64,000 nucleotides of DNA from Epiperipatus broadwayi (Eukaryota; Animalia; Onychophora): contig JAQFVV010000002.1 in NCBI GenBank assembly GCA_028023455.1, forward strand, positions 10,354,001 through 10,418,000. Direction: 5' to 3'. Shown in pieces: positions 52,813-64,000 of the stretch (its first letter is position 1; every line of letters starts with the position of its first letter). Below the pieces are notes generated by a model. The model made no database searches. It was not told where the DNA came from and worked only from the letters and a program-made list of their open reading frames with translations. The translations under genes were made by a program, and so were the position numbers.

Positions 52813-54505
52813 TCCTAGCTTAATAAAAATTCAATTTTACCAACATTCATAAGTTTTATCAGAATGCTACTATAAGAACATTTTGAAAGAGATGTTAACA
52901 ATTCTGCTCTAATGATGCTTTTTGTTATGCTCTCAAGTTTGGATTTAAGATTCTGGAATATAAGATTGGTAACCTGATTAGCAGTGGAAATAATGGCTCT
53001 TTAAATGATACTTTTACATCCACCAATGTTTTGTAAAAGTGCTTAAGCCTTGCATCTAGATCTTGTAATGGTAATGCAGTAGTGACATTAACATTAAAGA
53101 AGAGTGAAAGGAAGATATTAGAAATTATAAACTAATAATCCTCAGTCAGTTTTATACAAGACCTTTATTAAAATCATTCTATTTCATTTAAGGTGAAGTT
53201 GGGACTAAATCAACTGAAAGAATAATCACTGGATATCATATAAACTTTTAAAGTAAGTTATAGAAATAATCAATGGGTCTATTGTGATTTTAAAAGAATT
53301 TGATTATTAGCATTTTATCAAACATAGACCCAGTATATTACCATGTTTTAAAGAATATTTATTAAATTCAATGTTAGTAATTAAATTATATGATGATATT
53401 AAGATTAACTCTAATAAAAATGTTCAGTAAGATGATATGTAACTCCACATCATTCTATGACACTATTACAGAATTATCTTGTTGATTAGAGTAGAAAACT
53501 TAAAAAATAAAAATAAATACATTATTTAAATTTCAGATGATATGAATTTATTTTTACAAATAATCCTTTAATTAATTTTTTTCGAAACTGACAAATATGT
53601 TTTAAGAATTATTTGATGAAAACAAGAAAATAAAAATAAAGATAAATATAGTAATTATATATTAGATTATTTCAATCATCTAATGTTAAAAATTGAAATA
53701 CAAGCATTCTTATACCAGGAACTTTTAATTGTAAATATAGGGGATTTGAACTCAGACTTTCAAACAACCCTCAACTATCCACACTATCTCATACTACTGA
53801 TACACATGACCACACACATGTAGGAAAGATAAATAATCATCAATATATATATATTAAGTTCCAACCAGTAACCACCTAAACATTCACAGTAAAATATAGT
53901 AATCAATATTTCTGACTGATGTCAAAGCAACCTTCACACCTTTTAATAGCAAGAATGGAAATCCATTCTTACTAATGGTCCTTTGAATATATATGGACAC
54001 TTAAAGCTTGCAACTTGACTACAGAGTATGAAATATTGATACAATGAAGTTTAAATAAACCTCTTTAAACATGAAATAAACATGTCACTGTAATGCAGAT
54101 TAATAAATAGTCAATTAACATTACAAACTGCAATACTTTTAAATTGCCCATGTATTATTTAGAAATAATATATATATATATATATAATGTTTTTAGAACA
54201 GTTTAAATTTTATTTAAACTTTTCAAATACATTCGACTATTAGTAATAGCACCATGTAAAAATATAACACAACATTCATTATTTTTCAAGTTTTGATTGT
54301 CTGATCAGTGATAGTGCTAACATGGGAATCAAACCTGAGCATTTAGATTTGTTAATATTGAATTTAAGGAGACATTTTAACCACTTAAAGTTTGAATGTT
54401 TCTAAAGATATATAACATTATATGATAGAAATAATTCATCATATAATTACTACTAAAATACTACCATCAGAAACTTTCAGACAAACACTAAAGATATATA
54501 AAATA

Positions 54506-54760
54506 AAATAATGAACATGCTAACAGCTCTTACCAAGCTTTATGGTAATTTTAGATCTAGTGTCTGAAATATCCTAACACCTCATGGAGGATAGCCAATA
54601 GCTTGAAACTGATTTGGGAATGGAGATGTTTCTAGATAGAGATTTTAAATGCTTTCTCTTGCAGTATTTATCATAAAGCTTGGTTAGAGCTATTAGCATG
54701 CTCATTATTTATAAAACACAAGCTTATCAAGTTAAGTTATGTGATGTATGACTTGATTTT
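54506..54760. repeat. Family-D repeat with fold-back (39-bp arms 54506-54544 / 54672-54710)
   Basis: Arms differ at 3 positions; related sequence at ~915-990, 20665-20760 and 36710-36795 (gtcatgtgac / aacaagctt motifs). Confidence 0.75.
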
Positions 54761-54762
54761 AT

Positions 54763-54902
54763 TTACTAAAGATATTTATTTCTACAAACGCAGACGGTAT
54801 TGAAATCAAACTGAGAGAGTGCAAACCTCTCAAGCATTTAGCCAATCAGATCACAAAACGCTTGAGAGGTTTGCACTCTCTCAATTTGATTACTAAAGAT
54901 AT
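54763..54902. mobile_element. Small hairpin insertion flanked by 13-bp direct repeats
   Basis: TTACTAAAGATAT at 54763-54775 and 54890-54902; arms 54804-54839 / 54855-54891; loop contains AGCCAATCAG; CpGs retained. Confidence 0.75.
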
Positions 54903-54949
54903 GTGTTTTTATAAATGTTCAGCATTTTTTTTTTAAAAAAGGAAAATAT

Positions 54950-55375
54950 AAACTGATATTAATGAATTGGAAATTAAAAATTACAAAATATATTAGTAAG
55001 ATTATTAATGCAGATGAGAATGTAAAGGATAAAATTAATCATAAAATTAAAATTAGATGAGCTTTTGATAGAAATAACTTAATATTAGAAAAAAATCATA
55101 TATATTTGATAAGATAGATTTTTAATGGAGATAGGTTTTTATTGCTTATATTTCCATTGTTTATATATGAATCTGATATTAGGATAATTAATAAGAAAAA
55201 AAGAACTCCACTCTAGGACAGAATGAAGAGATCTCTGTGGGAATAACAAAGAGGATTGAAAGTAAAATGTATGGTGGAAAGAGAATAATTATGTATCATT
55301 GGCATAATTGAAAGAATTAAGAGTTTGAAATAAAGCTAGGCTGGAAATGTCAAAAAGATGAAAATATATGAAAAA
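54950..55375 (+). mobile_element. Highly decayed RTE-like fragment
   Basis: Relics of 'INHKIKIRW' and the 'GITKRIE..' region. Confidence 0.35.
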
Positions 55376-55380
55376 AATTA

Positions 55381-55620
55381 GATGTGATATGTTGGACTAT
55401 TTCCATCATCTATGAATGTTTGTATTTGGAAAGTTTAAATAAAGTTTAAAATTTTCCATACATTTGTGTGTTATTACTAACAAGTTGTTTGTACTTGGAA
55501 AGTTTAAATAAAGTTTAAAATTTTCTATACATTCAACATTCACTCAGAGATGATGGAAATAGTCCAACATATCACATCTAATAATATACGATCATCACAA
55601 ATCTTCAGACAAATATGGAA
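55381..55620. mobile_element. Family-C copy with inverted and internal duplication
   Basis: gatgtgatatgttggactatttccatcatct (55381-55411) is the reverse complement of 55548-55578; ttggaaagtttaaataaagtttaaaatttt occurs twice between them. Confidence 0.85.
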
Positions 55621-57956
55621 AAAATTAGTCTTATACCATATTCCAAGAGATTATAAAAAACTCTAAAAGAAAACTAGATGTAAGACAAATTGATGAGATG
55701 TAAAAATTTGCCATAGTAATGTGGAGAACAAAAAGCTATAATGTAGAGAAGCTAGGTTAAGCCTTGAAAAATGTTTATCCTAAAGTAGATAGGCAATGTG
55801 GCTCCTTTTGATCTTTTGTCAAAAAAATGGTATATTTCAAAACAAAGTATCAAATAAATTGCCTAAAGCACATTAGTAGTAATAAACTTTTTTATTTCAC
55901 TTTCTAATCTAGAGCCATCTACATAAACATAAAAAATCAGTGAATGTCAGATGATAGTATCAGCTAGGACATGAATTAGTATGCAATGAGCCATAATATT
56001 AAAATATTCTTTTGCAACAGCAGATTGAAATACTAACATATCCATAACTATGTAGATATGATCCTGGAACATAATTTACTTATTTTTCTCATTTATAAAT
56101 GGCTATATTAACATAATTTTTAGGAATAACTTTGACATTACTCTCTTTGTGCTTGCATATTTTACTTATGAGTCCAAAGTACTATTCACATTAAATTTCT
56201 GGATACACAATTAAATATTATTATTAGAATTACTACAATCACTTTCAACTACCTTCTTTTATAATAGGGATTAATTTTTTTACATATTCCTTTGCAGATA
56301 TCAGAAGAAAATTATCTCATAGAAAATGTATAAAAAACTGTCAAATAGATCAGAATTCTATTAATATAATAATACAGTTTTGCCACCTAACATGTACTTA
56401 AATTCAAAATTTTCTTTCTGGATACTCAAGAAATGTGATTATTGCAATAACTCAAAACAAATATTTGAAAGATACAATAATAGGAACAGCTTTATTTGTT
56501 TATATTAGATATTATAGATTCAAGAATATTTACAGTCATAGTGCTTATCTTCTTTAGGATTAGATCATTTTTTGACTTATGTATGAAACTATAAACAAGA
56601 AAATTATGGATCACATCATTATTGTAAGAATTAAAAATATTAATAAAACTATGAATAAATCTGTCTTTTGAATGATATGTCTGCAGATTAATTTATTATG
56701 ATTAAAAATAAATAGTTATTTTTAATCCATATTTTAAATAAATAAAATCTTTTCTTTCTTTTTTTAATGAAAATATAGCATCAATATTTCTATGTTGGTT
56801 ATTCAAAATGGCACATATAACCAACTAACTATTTCATTGATATTCACAAGAATATGAGAGATTGTTGTTTATCTTCATATTTATTTCATAATTTTTTTTT
56901 ATCTTGATTACTTTGAAACTTAAAGATTTTTGGTTTTTAGAACAATTTTTTTTTATTCTCCTCTGTTTTATTTTCCATTTTCATATTCTATTGTCATTAA
57001 GTCCTTCCTGATGTCAGAAATCATTTCTTCTTGTTTATTTTCTTAAAAGTCAACACTCATTTGACATTTATATATTATTTTAAGACTTCATTATTTTTCT
57101 CCTACTCTTTGAATATTTTATTAGATTCACTATTATTTTTCTATCTTTTAACATATCCAGAATATCTTAGTTTCTTATATTATCAATATTTTTAATCATA
57201 GAAGGTTCTTTTTTAATCTTCACAGCTTCTCTTTGTTTTTCATTTTTAGAAAACTGGACATTCATTACCGAATTTTTTGATATTATGATATAATAATTTG
57301 GTTGATAGTAAACTTTGTAAGGCAAAATTGCTTTGTTGACAACTATCTTTTAATTTGTATTTGTTTTTTATTTGAAAAAATGGAAATCTGAAAATAAAAA
57401 TCTATAAATGCACATAGTCTGATGTTAGACTAATAGTATTTCTTTTATTTCTTGGTTAACACTTTAGATATTGAATTACTTAGATGTTCAGGAATGAAAA
57501 GTTTGTACTGTAATTATAAGAATGATTAAATGTATCAACTTATTAATAATATAATATTTTTAGAATAAAACTTAAAACTTCTTATGATTAATAATATATG
57601 TTTGGACTGAAAATTCAGGTTTCTAAAACTACTGCTACAAGAACTGAGGGTTTGGAATGAATTAATTTTAAAATGGTAGAAAGTTAATAGAAAGAATGAG
57701 CATTTATAATATTTTGGGATTCATTTATTACAGATTTAAGTTAAAGAAAATATCAAAACATAACTCATATTTGTTAAACTTTTTTTTATTAAATTAAAGT
57801 TTGTTTAATAACTAATAAAAATAAGAAAATGTATTCATTTGTATAAAATTCTGTATAAAATTAAAATATGGTAATGAAATAAAAAGAGAGAAAAAATTAA
57901 AACAAGTTTATTTTGTCCAAACTGGATTAAAAGACAATGAAATATTAAGGACCTCT

Positions 57957-58212
57957 GTGCAGAATTTTTAATTGCTGTGGGCTTATAAATAGTTAAGCTT
58001 CTTTACTAAGCTTCAAAAAATTAATTATTTAATATTTATGAAAAAAAATGTTTAAATTATAAAAATTTAACAACTTTTCTTTAGAAATTATTGCACAGTA
58101 TTTTTAATTACTGTGGGTTTATAAATAGGTAAATATGTTTTGCCTAGTTTTAAAAAAAGTAATTATTTAATATTTATGAGAGAAAAAAATTTTAATTATA
58201 TAAATTTAACAA
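57957..58212. repeat. Tandem duplication, ~136-bp unit
   Basis: tttttaatt.ctgtggg.ttataaatag..aattatttaatatttatga..aatttaacaa occurs twice. Confidence 0.75.
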
Positions 58213-60045
58213 TATAGAATTGATAAAAAAATTTCAAGTACATGAATGCAGTCTGTAACAGTTTCTTTGTTATTAAGTTTTCCTTTGTAGTGATATTTTT
58301 TATTTCAATTTTTATAAAATTTGAATTAATAGCTTGGACCATCTATATAAAAACATTTTTGTAAGCTTAAATTGAATACTAACTAGATATTCACATTGGG
58401 TAAATAACATTAGTATCTATATTGTTTTTTTAATTAATTATATACACTTTCAAATTAATATACCATATAAAAATATTTTTCTGCTTCATATTATCTTCAT
58501 GTCTATATTATTAGGAAGTGGTAACAACTTATAAAAGCCAAAGCATGCTACTTCTTGAATTTCCTTAGTTTTAAATATCTTTACATTTATTTTTGAATAG
58601 ATACGTGTAGGGTTGATATTTTTAAGAGCATGTCTAGGGGTTGAAGTTTATGGAAAAACATTTGTAAAATAGTATATATATATATTTGTTGGTTTAAAAA
58701 AATGTAAAAATTTATAAAGAGTTTTAAAAAAGTAATTAATTAATTGTGTTGTGTGAAAAATATTAGTTATTTGAAATAACTACGATAAAGAGGTAAATCA
58801 AAGAATTAAGTTCTCTCATTTGAATTTTGAAAGACAATGGTATATACACATTACGCATATATATATGAAAAAATGTAAATCACACATATTTCCTGTGAAA
58901 TTTATGGCAAATATAATTTTATTACTTTTTTGATGAATGAGATATATTTGAACTCACTAGTAAATAATCTTTTATCTAAAATATGTACTATAAATTATTT
59001 GTACAGTTAAGTTAATGGTTTTTTTTAACAAAGACGACTTTTATTCATTTAAATAAAAAGAGCTATATTATTTGCTATTTATATTAAACTTCTAAATCAT
59101 CAAGAACTGCTGGAAATCTTATATAACTGGTTCTGAATAACTATAAAATCACTTTTGAACTTTGGGATCTCATATGCACATGTCTAATTCTAAAACTTTT
59201 CTTTAATATAAACTTTTAAATATGTTGTAAAACAAATAATGTATCTCTTTTTTTTAAACACACAGAAACTGAGTTAGAAGGCTATATTTAGAAAATAGAC
59301 AGTAATATTAAGGCCAAATAATCAGACCAGTTGAAATATTTTTTTTCTTTTTTGATTTTATACAATTATATTTTTGAATTATTTACACACCTATTTATTT
59401 CACATTATCAATCTGGTTACTATTTATGTGTTTTTATATATGAATTTTGATCCATTTATCTATGTCTCTATAGTAAAGTAAAAATAATTAACACTTCAAG
59501 AAATAAAATAGAACAAAATGAAAAAAAAAGGAAACAAAATCAAAAATTGATATTAATAAATGGCAATGAATGACCAAGTTATATCGAAGAAAATTGAGAA
59601 TATGTATGGGTGTTGATATCTATGTGACAAATAAGTGCAAATATTTATAAATAAATTTGATTTAATTATTGTCATATGAAGTTACTTTACAATGCATAAA
59701 TAATAAGTTTGCTTATGTTTGAATTTGTAATGTATTATTAGTTGTCAGAAAGTTATTTGTCATTCAAGCCTCCATTTGTGACAATTTCATTCAATTGATT
59801 AAATTGATTTTTTTTTTTTTACTTTCCTCAGCTGAAAATCGATTCAAACACTTTTATTCCTTGATCTGCTTTTCTATTGCTATTCAAAGCTACACATATG
59901 CATATTTTGCATAACTATTTATAAAAATACATTATGAAACTCCTTTGAATTAATAATTTTATTTTTTTTAATCAAGTTGCAATCTTTAATGTCTATATAT
60001 ATTAGACCATATATAAAGATGGACTTTCATCTTTATTGTTTAAAA

Positions 60046-60125
60046 GAGGTTGCCTTGACAACAGATTGAGATTGTTGGTTGTTATTAATATTGGTATTGT
60101 TTAAGTGTTGACTTCTTTTCTGTAG
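60046..60125 (+). repeat. Dispersed ~80-bp repeat, copy 2 (X-box-like palindrome at 60049-60062)
   Basis: Matches 10513-10590. Confidence 0.85.
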
Positions 60126-60264
60126 TCTCTGAAACTTTGAATAATTTATTTATTAAAAGTTTAATCTATTAAATTTTGAATTTAAAAAGAGATATTTAAA
60201 ACAATCAAATTTGTGTTACAGGATTGAAGTTATTTTTTTTTATATTATTACAGATGATAGTTAT

Positions 60265-60950
60265 TTTACATGGAATCCTTCAGATTTCCAAGCAATATTA
60301 CAAAAGCTGTTAGATAAAACAGAAAAAATAAAACTGAAATAAATACTAAACGCCTAATATTGATTAGCTTTTCAAACAAAAAGAAAATAAAGATTGGCAT
60401 TAATAAATTGGAAGTTAACCATAAATACTTAGATCAGATTATTAATATAGATGGAAACATAATAAAAGAAACTAATCATAATATTATACTTGAATGAAGT
60501 GTTTTTGATAGAAATAATTCAATAATAAAATGAAATATATTTCTTTTTGAAAAGTAAAATTTTTAATAAATGTGTTATCCTAGTATTTACTTATAAAGTT
60601 AAGACTTGGATACTTAATAAATATTCAACACATTTCAAATACTACAGAGCACTTGTGGAATGTGAAAAGATATATGATAGAATTAGCAAGGTAGGATTAA
60701 AGGTGAAATACATGGATAAAAGTACAAGCGGGTATCAGTCACATCAGTGAAAAAAATTTAAAACTAAAAACATATTGCTATAATCAATACAATAAACAGA
60801 CAACTTAAGCCTTAGATTGAATGACAAGAGATTATAGAAACAGAAAGAGATATAACATATGAGATAGATGAACAATATAATAATATTTTTCTGGAATGAT
60901 ATAGAAAATAGAAATTATGGATCAGAAAAACCGAATTAAACCAGGAAACC
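60265..60950 (+). mobile_element. Decayed RTE LINE 3' part
   Basis: ORF track KSKIFNKCVILVFTYKVKTW aligns with KRKVFNKCVLPVLTYGSETW of the 32.7-kb RTE. Confidence 0.75.
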
Positions 60951-61533
60951 CTTAAGTGGATTGATAATAATTGAAATGAAAATGATGATATATGTCTTAC
61001 ATGGTGGATTTCAAGTATGTAATTTTGTATTTATATATATAGAATATAGAAGAGTTTCTTGTGTTATTTTACTTAAAATTTAGATTTAAAAAGAATTTTT
61101 TTTATATAGATTGAACTAACCTATGCATATTGACTGTGACATAGTTTTTTGTTTTTCTTTAAAATAGCACACCATTATATGCAAAATAAAAATGGCATGA
61201 TAAGTGATGCAATCAGATAGGGAAAAATACACAAAAATATAACCTTTTTATATATCTTTTCATTAACATTTACTTACTTAAGATGTGTATAATTTGTTAA
61301 TTTAAATTTGATGCATTACAATAATAGTTTGAAAAAGTATTATACATTTTTGGCAAATATACATAATTTTATATAATTGGATAAAATTATTTTTAAAGTA
61401 GTTTAAAACTGCATTAACAACTGGTCTCCAATTAATAAGGATATATTTTTAAAAGCAAGATAGCATATTCTATGAGCAGGAGTAATAATAATAGACTGTT
61501 TATAAAAGTTGATCAGATTTATGATAAGTTATT

Positions 61534-61623
61534 AAATTAATACATATATGTGTGTGTGCTCTGCACACAGATAAAGAAGCTATTCAATGTGCACAGAGCA
61601 CACACATATATATATATTAATTT
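61534..61623. repeat. Short hairpin with ~35-bp arms
   Basis: aaattaata..atatatgtgtgtg..ctctgcaca / tgtgcacagagcacacacatatat..tattaattt. Confidence 0.8.
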
Positions 61624-62149
61624 ATTTCAAAGCTAATGAAGTAAAACCTTAACTATTTCGATAAGTTATTATTAAATTGCATTAAAGAATTATGAGATAA
61701 AAATAGCTTCTTATGAGGCTCAAATATGTTTTTCCCCCCAGAGCTGATAGAAAATTGAAGATGAATCTGCCTTTTCTAAATGTTCCTATAATATTATCAT
61801 CAGATTCAAGATCATATATAATGCAGTTAATGATTCTCCAATCTATGTATACATTGGCAAAATTGAAAACCTTAATAAAACCACTAGAGAATCTATTTTG
61901 TAATTTGAATGTCTACAGATTCCTTTACAATACTTGCAAATAATTATTAGCTGTCTAAAATATATATAAAAAAAGTTAAAAAGTTAATAATTGAAACACA
62001 GGCTTATGTAATATATGTATTATAAAAGGAATCTGTGTATGACTATAAGAATTTAGAAAATATTGCTGAAATTTATTTCTTACTAATTTGAAAATTATGG
62101 AAATTTTTCTATATGCTATTTATTATACGTATTATTTAAGATCTTTCAG

Positions 62150-63110
62150 TGATATTAAGATTATTAGTTATAAAATAATATTTATCAAAATGTAATAACA
62201 ATGATTAGATTGTATTATGGTACTAATAAGATTAACATTGATTAGTGTATTTGACAAAGTGATTCCATCTCTTCTTTAAACTATTTTACAATAGTTTTAT
62301 AAGGAAGGTATTGTAGATGAAAATGTGAAGCTAAGGGAATAAAAATAAACAGAGATTACTAAAAAACATTAAGATTTTTCAGATCATGTGATTGTTTTCT
62401 TAAATAATGCTTTTAAGCTTCAGAAATTGTTATAGAAGTTACCTTATATAAAAAAGGGAGTAATACTAAAAGTATTTGATAAAAGACTAAATTAAAGGTA
62501 ACTGCCTTTTTAAAAAAATAAAAAAATAAAGATTGATAGTAAGGAATTAAAAAAAACTAAACCATTATAAATAAGTTGATCAGATTATTAATTCTAGATA
62601 AAGTATATTAGATAATGTAAAACATGGAACTAAACATTGATGGAATGCTCTTATTAAAAGTAATTTAATATTAAAAAGAAATATGTTTGTGTTTGAAAGG
62701 AAAGTTTTTTTTAATAAATATATTTTACCAATGCTTGCATAGTGTATCCATGACTTGGAATTTAATAAAAAGGTGATACAAATATTTTAGATTATAAATG
62801 AAATGTGAAAAAATATAAGCTGAGATTAACAAATGCAAAACAAATCCACAATTGAGAGAATAAATCGATAGCATTTAGCATCACTAAAAGAATTAAATCT
62901 GAAATAGAATTAATCTGAAATGTCATTAAAAAAATAAGAGATGGCAATTTATTACTATTTTACAAAAGTTTGGGAAGGACATAGAAAAAAATTATTGGTG
63001 ATATTGTTGGATGAAATAAAAATGTTTGGTGGAATAATGTGGAGAAGAGAAACTACAGATCAGAATCAACTAGATTAATGGAAATTTTTATTAAGCAGTT
63101 TGATAATGTT
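62150..63110 (+). mobile_element. Highly decayed RTE LINE
   Basis: DSISSLNYFT (GD.ISPKLFT-like), FSDHVIVF (FADD-like) and an RTE-type 3' end gttggatgaaataaaa..tgtggagaagaga. Confidence 0.55.
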
Positions 63111-64000
63111 TGAAAATGATAATTAAAATCGTTATTAGAGATGCATAATTTATTTATTTATTGGATTAAATATATAATATTAATGACCTGCTATTATTAT
63201 TTGGAGACTAAATAATAATATATTTTGTTCACGATTTAAAAAGTTATTCATTTTATAGACATCCAGGAGCATGTTGGAATAGTGTTCAATGTGTGCAACA
63301 CACACAGGTACCAAGACCATGAAGTTATGAAAAGATAATCTTTGTAGTACAGTTTTTAAGTAAAAAAAAACAACCTCTAACTCTTTATGGTAAAAATAAT
63401 ATTATGATCACAATAATGGAAATTTTTTAAAATATATTGAAATGCTATAAAAGTTTGATTCTTTTATTTTAGAACACACCCAATTTGTAGTTAATGTTTC
63501 TAAAATTCAAAATGAAATACTTTATTGGAACCAAATATTAAAAATAATATTATTAATCTGTGTCAATGAAATAAATATTTTTCAATTATTTTAGATTGTA
63601 CTCTGGACATATCACATACCGAACAAATAAGTATGATAGATAGATTCATTCATTTCAACTCAGGATATAAAAGTATAAACATTTTTAGCATTCTATCCAA
63701 TTTTAGATGCTATCAGAATGAATTGAAAGTATTTCTTACTCATTTAATGAAAAAATTAAATATTATGAGATCAGGATTTTGATAATGGTTCTAATATTGT
63801 GATAAAAGCATAAGTTTGCAAAAAATAATTTAGATTTAAATTGCCATGCCAAGTCCCTACATTAGGCTATCTTATGACTTTATCTAGGTATAATTGAAGC
63901 TTACAATTTTCTCAATTATCTTTGAACAATATTAACAATTGTGAGACTCTCCTATCCTATCAACAAGATTGCATATCTTTTAACATTAAATAAATATTAA

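Noticed and set aside
1-64000. CRISPR arrays, rRNA genes or prokaryotic operons
   Set aside because: None seen. The repeats are eukaryotic transposon-derived, and the remaining 60-120-aa ORFs look like AT-rich noise or repeat read-through.

Overview
Very AT-rich (roughly 75% A+T by eye), strongly CpG-depleted eukaryotic DNA, most likely intronic or intergenic sequence from an animal. No complete, recognisable host gene can be supported; only a few candidate exons and promoter-like CpG clusters are visible. The window is dominated by transposon relics: several RTE-type LINE fragments, a decayed I/Jockey-group LINE, a gypsy RNase H remnant, an LTR edge with a tRNA-Lys primer-binding site, a non-autonomous Merlin (IS1595/ISXO2-like) DNA transposon with TIRs and an 8-bp TSD, and a ~100-nt tRNA-Gly-derived SINE. 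The most interesting signal is not in the ORF track. Two short non-coding repeat families (here called A and B, possibly also C) carry minimal type-I hammerhead ribozyme motifs with palindromic stem III, as in Penelope-like elements and retrozymes. They recur as tandem or fold-back (inverted) copies, including a 587-bp near-perfect hairpin with an intact-core hammerhead in each arm. All coordinates and translations were read by hand; the boundaries of decayed relics are approximate.
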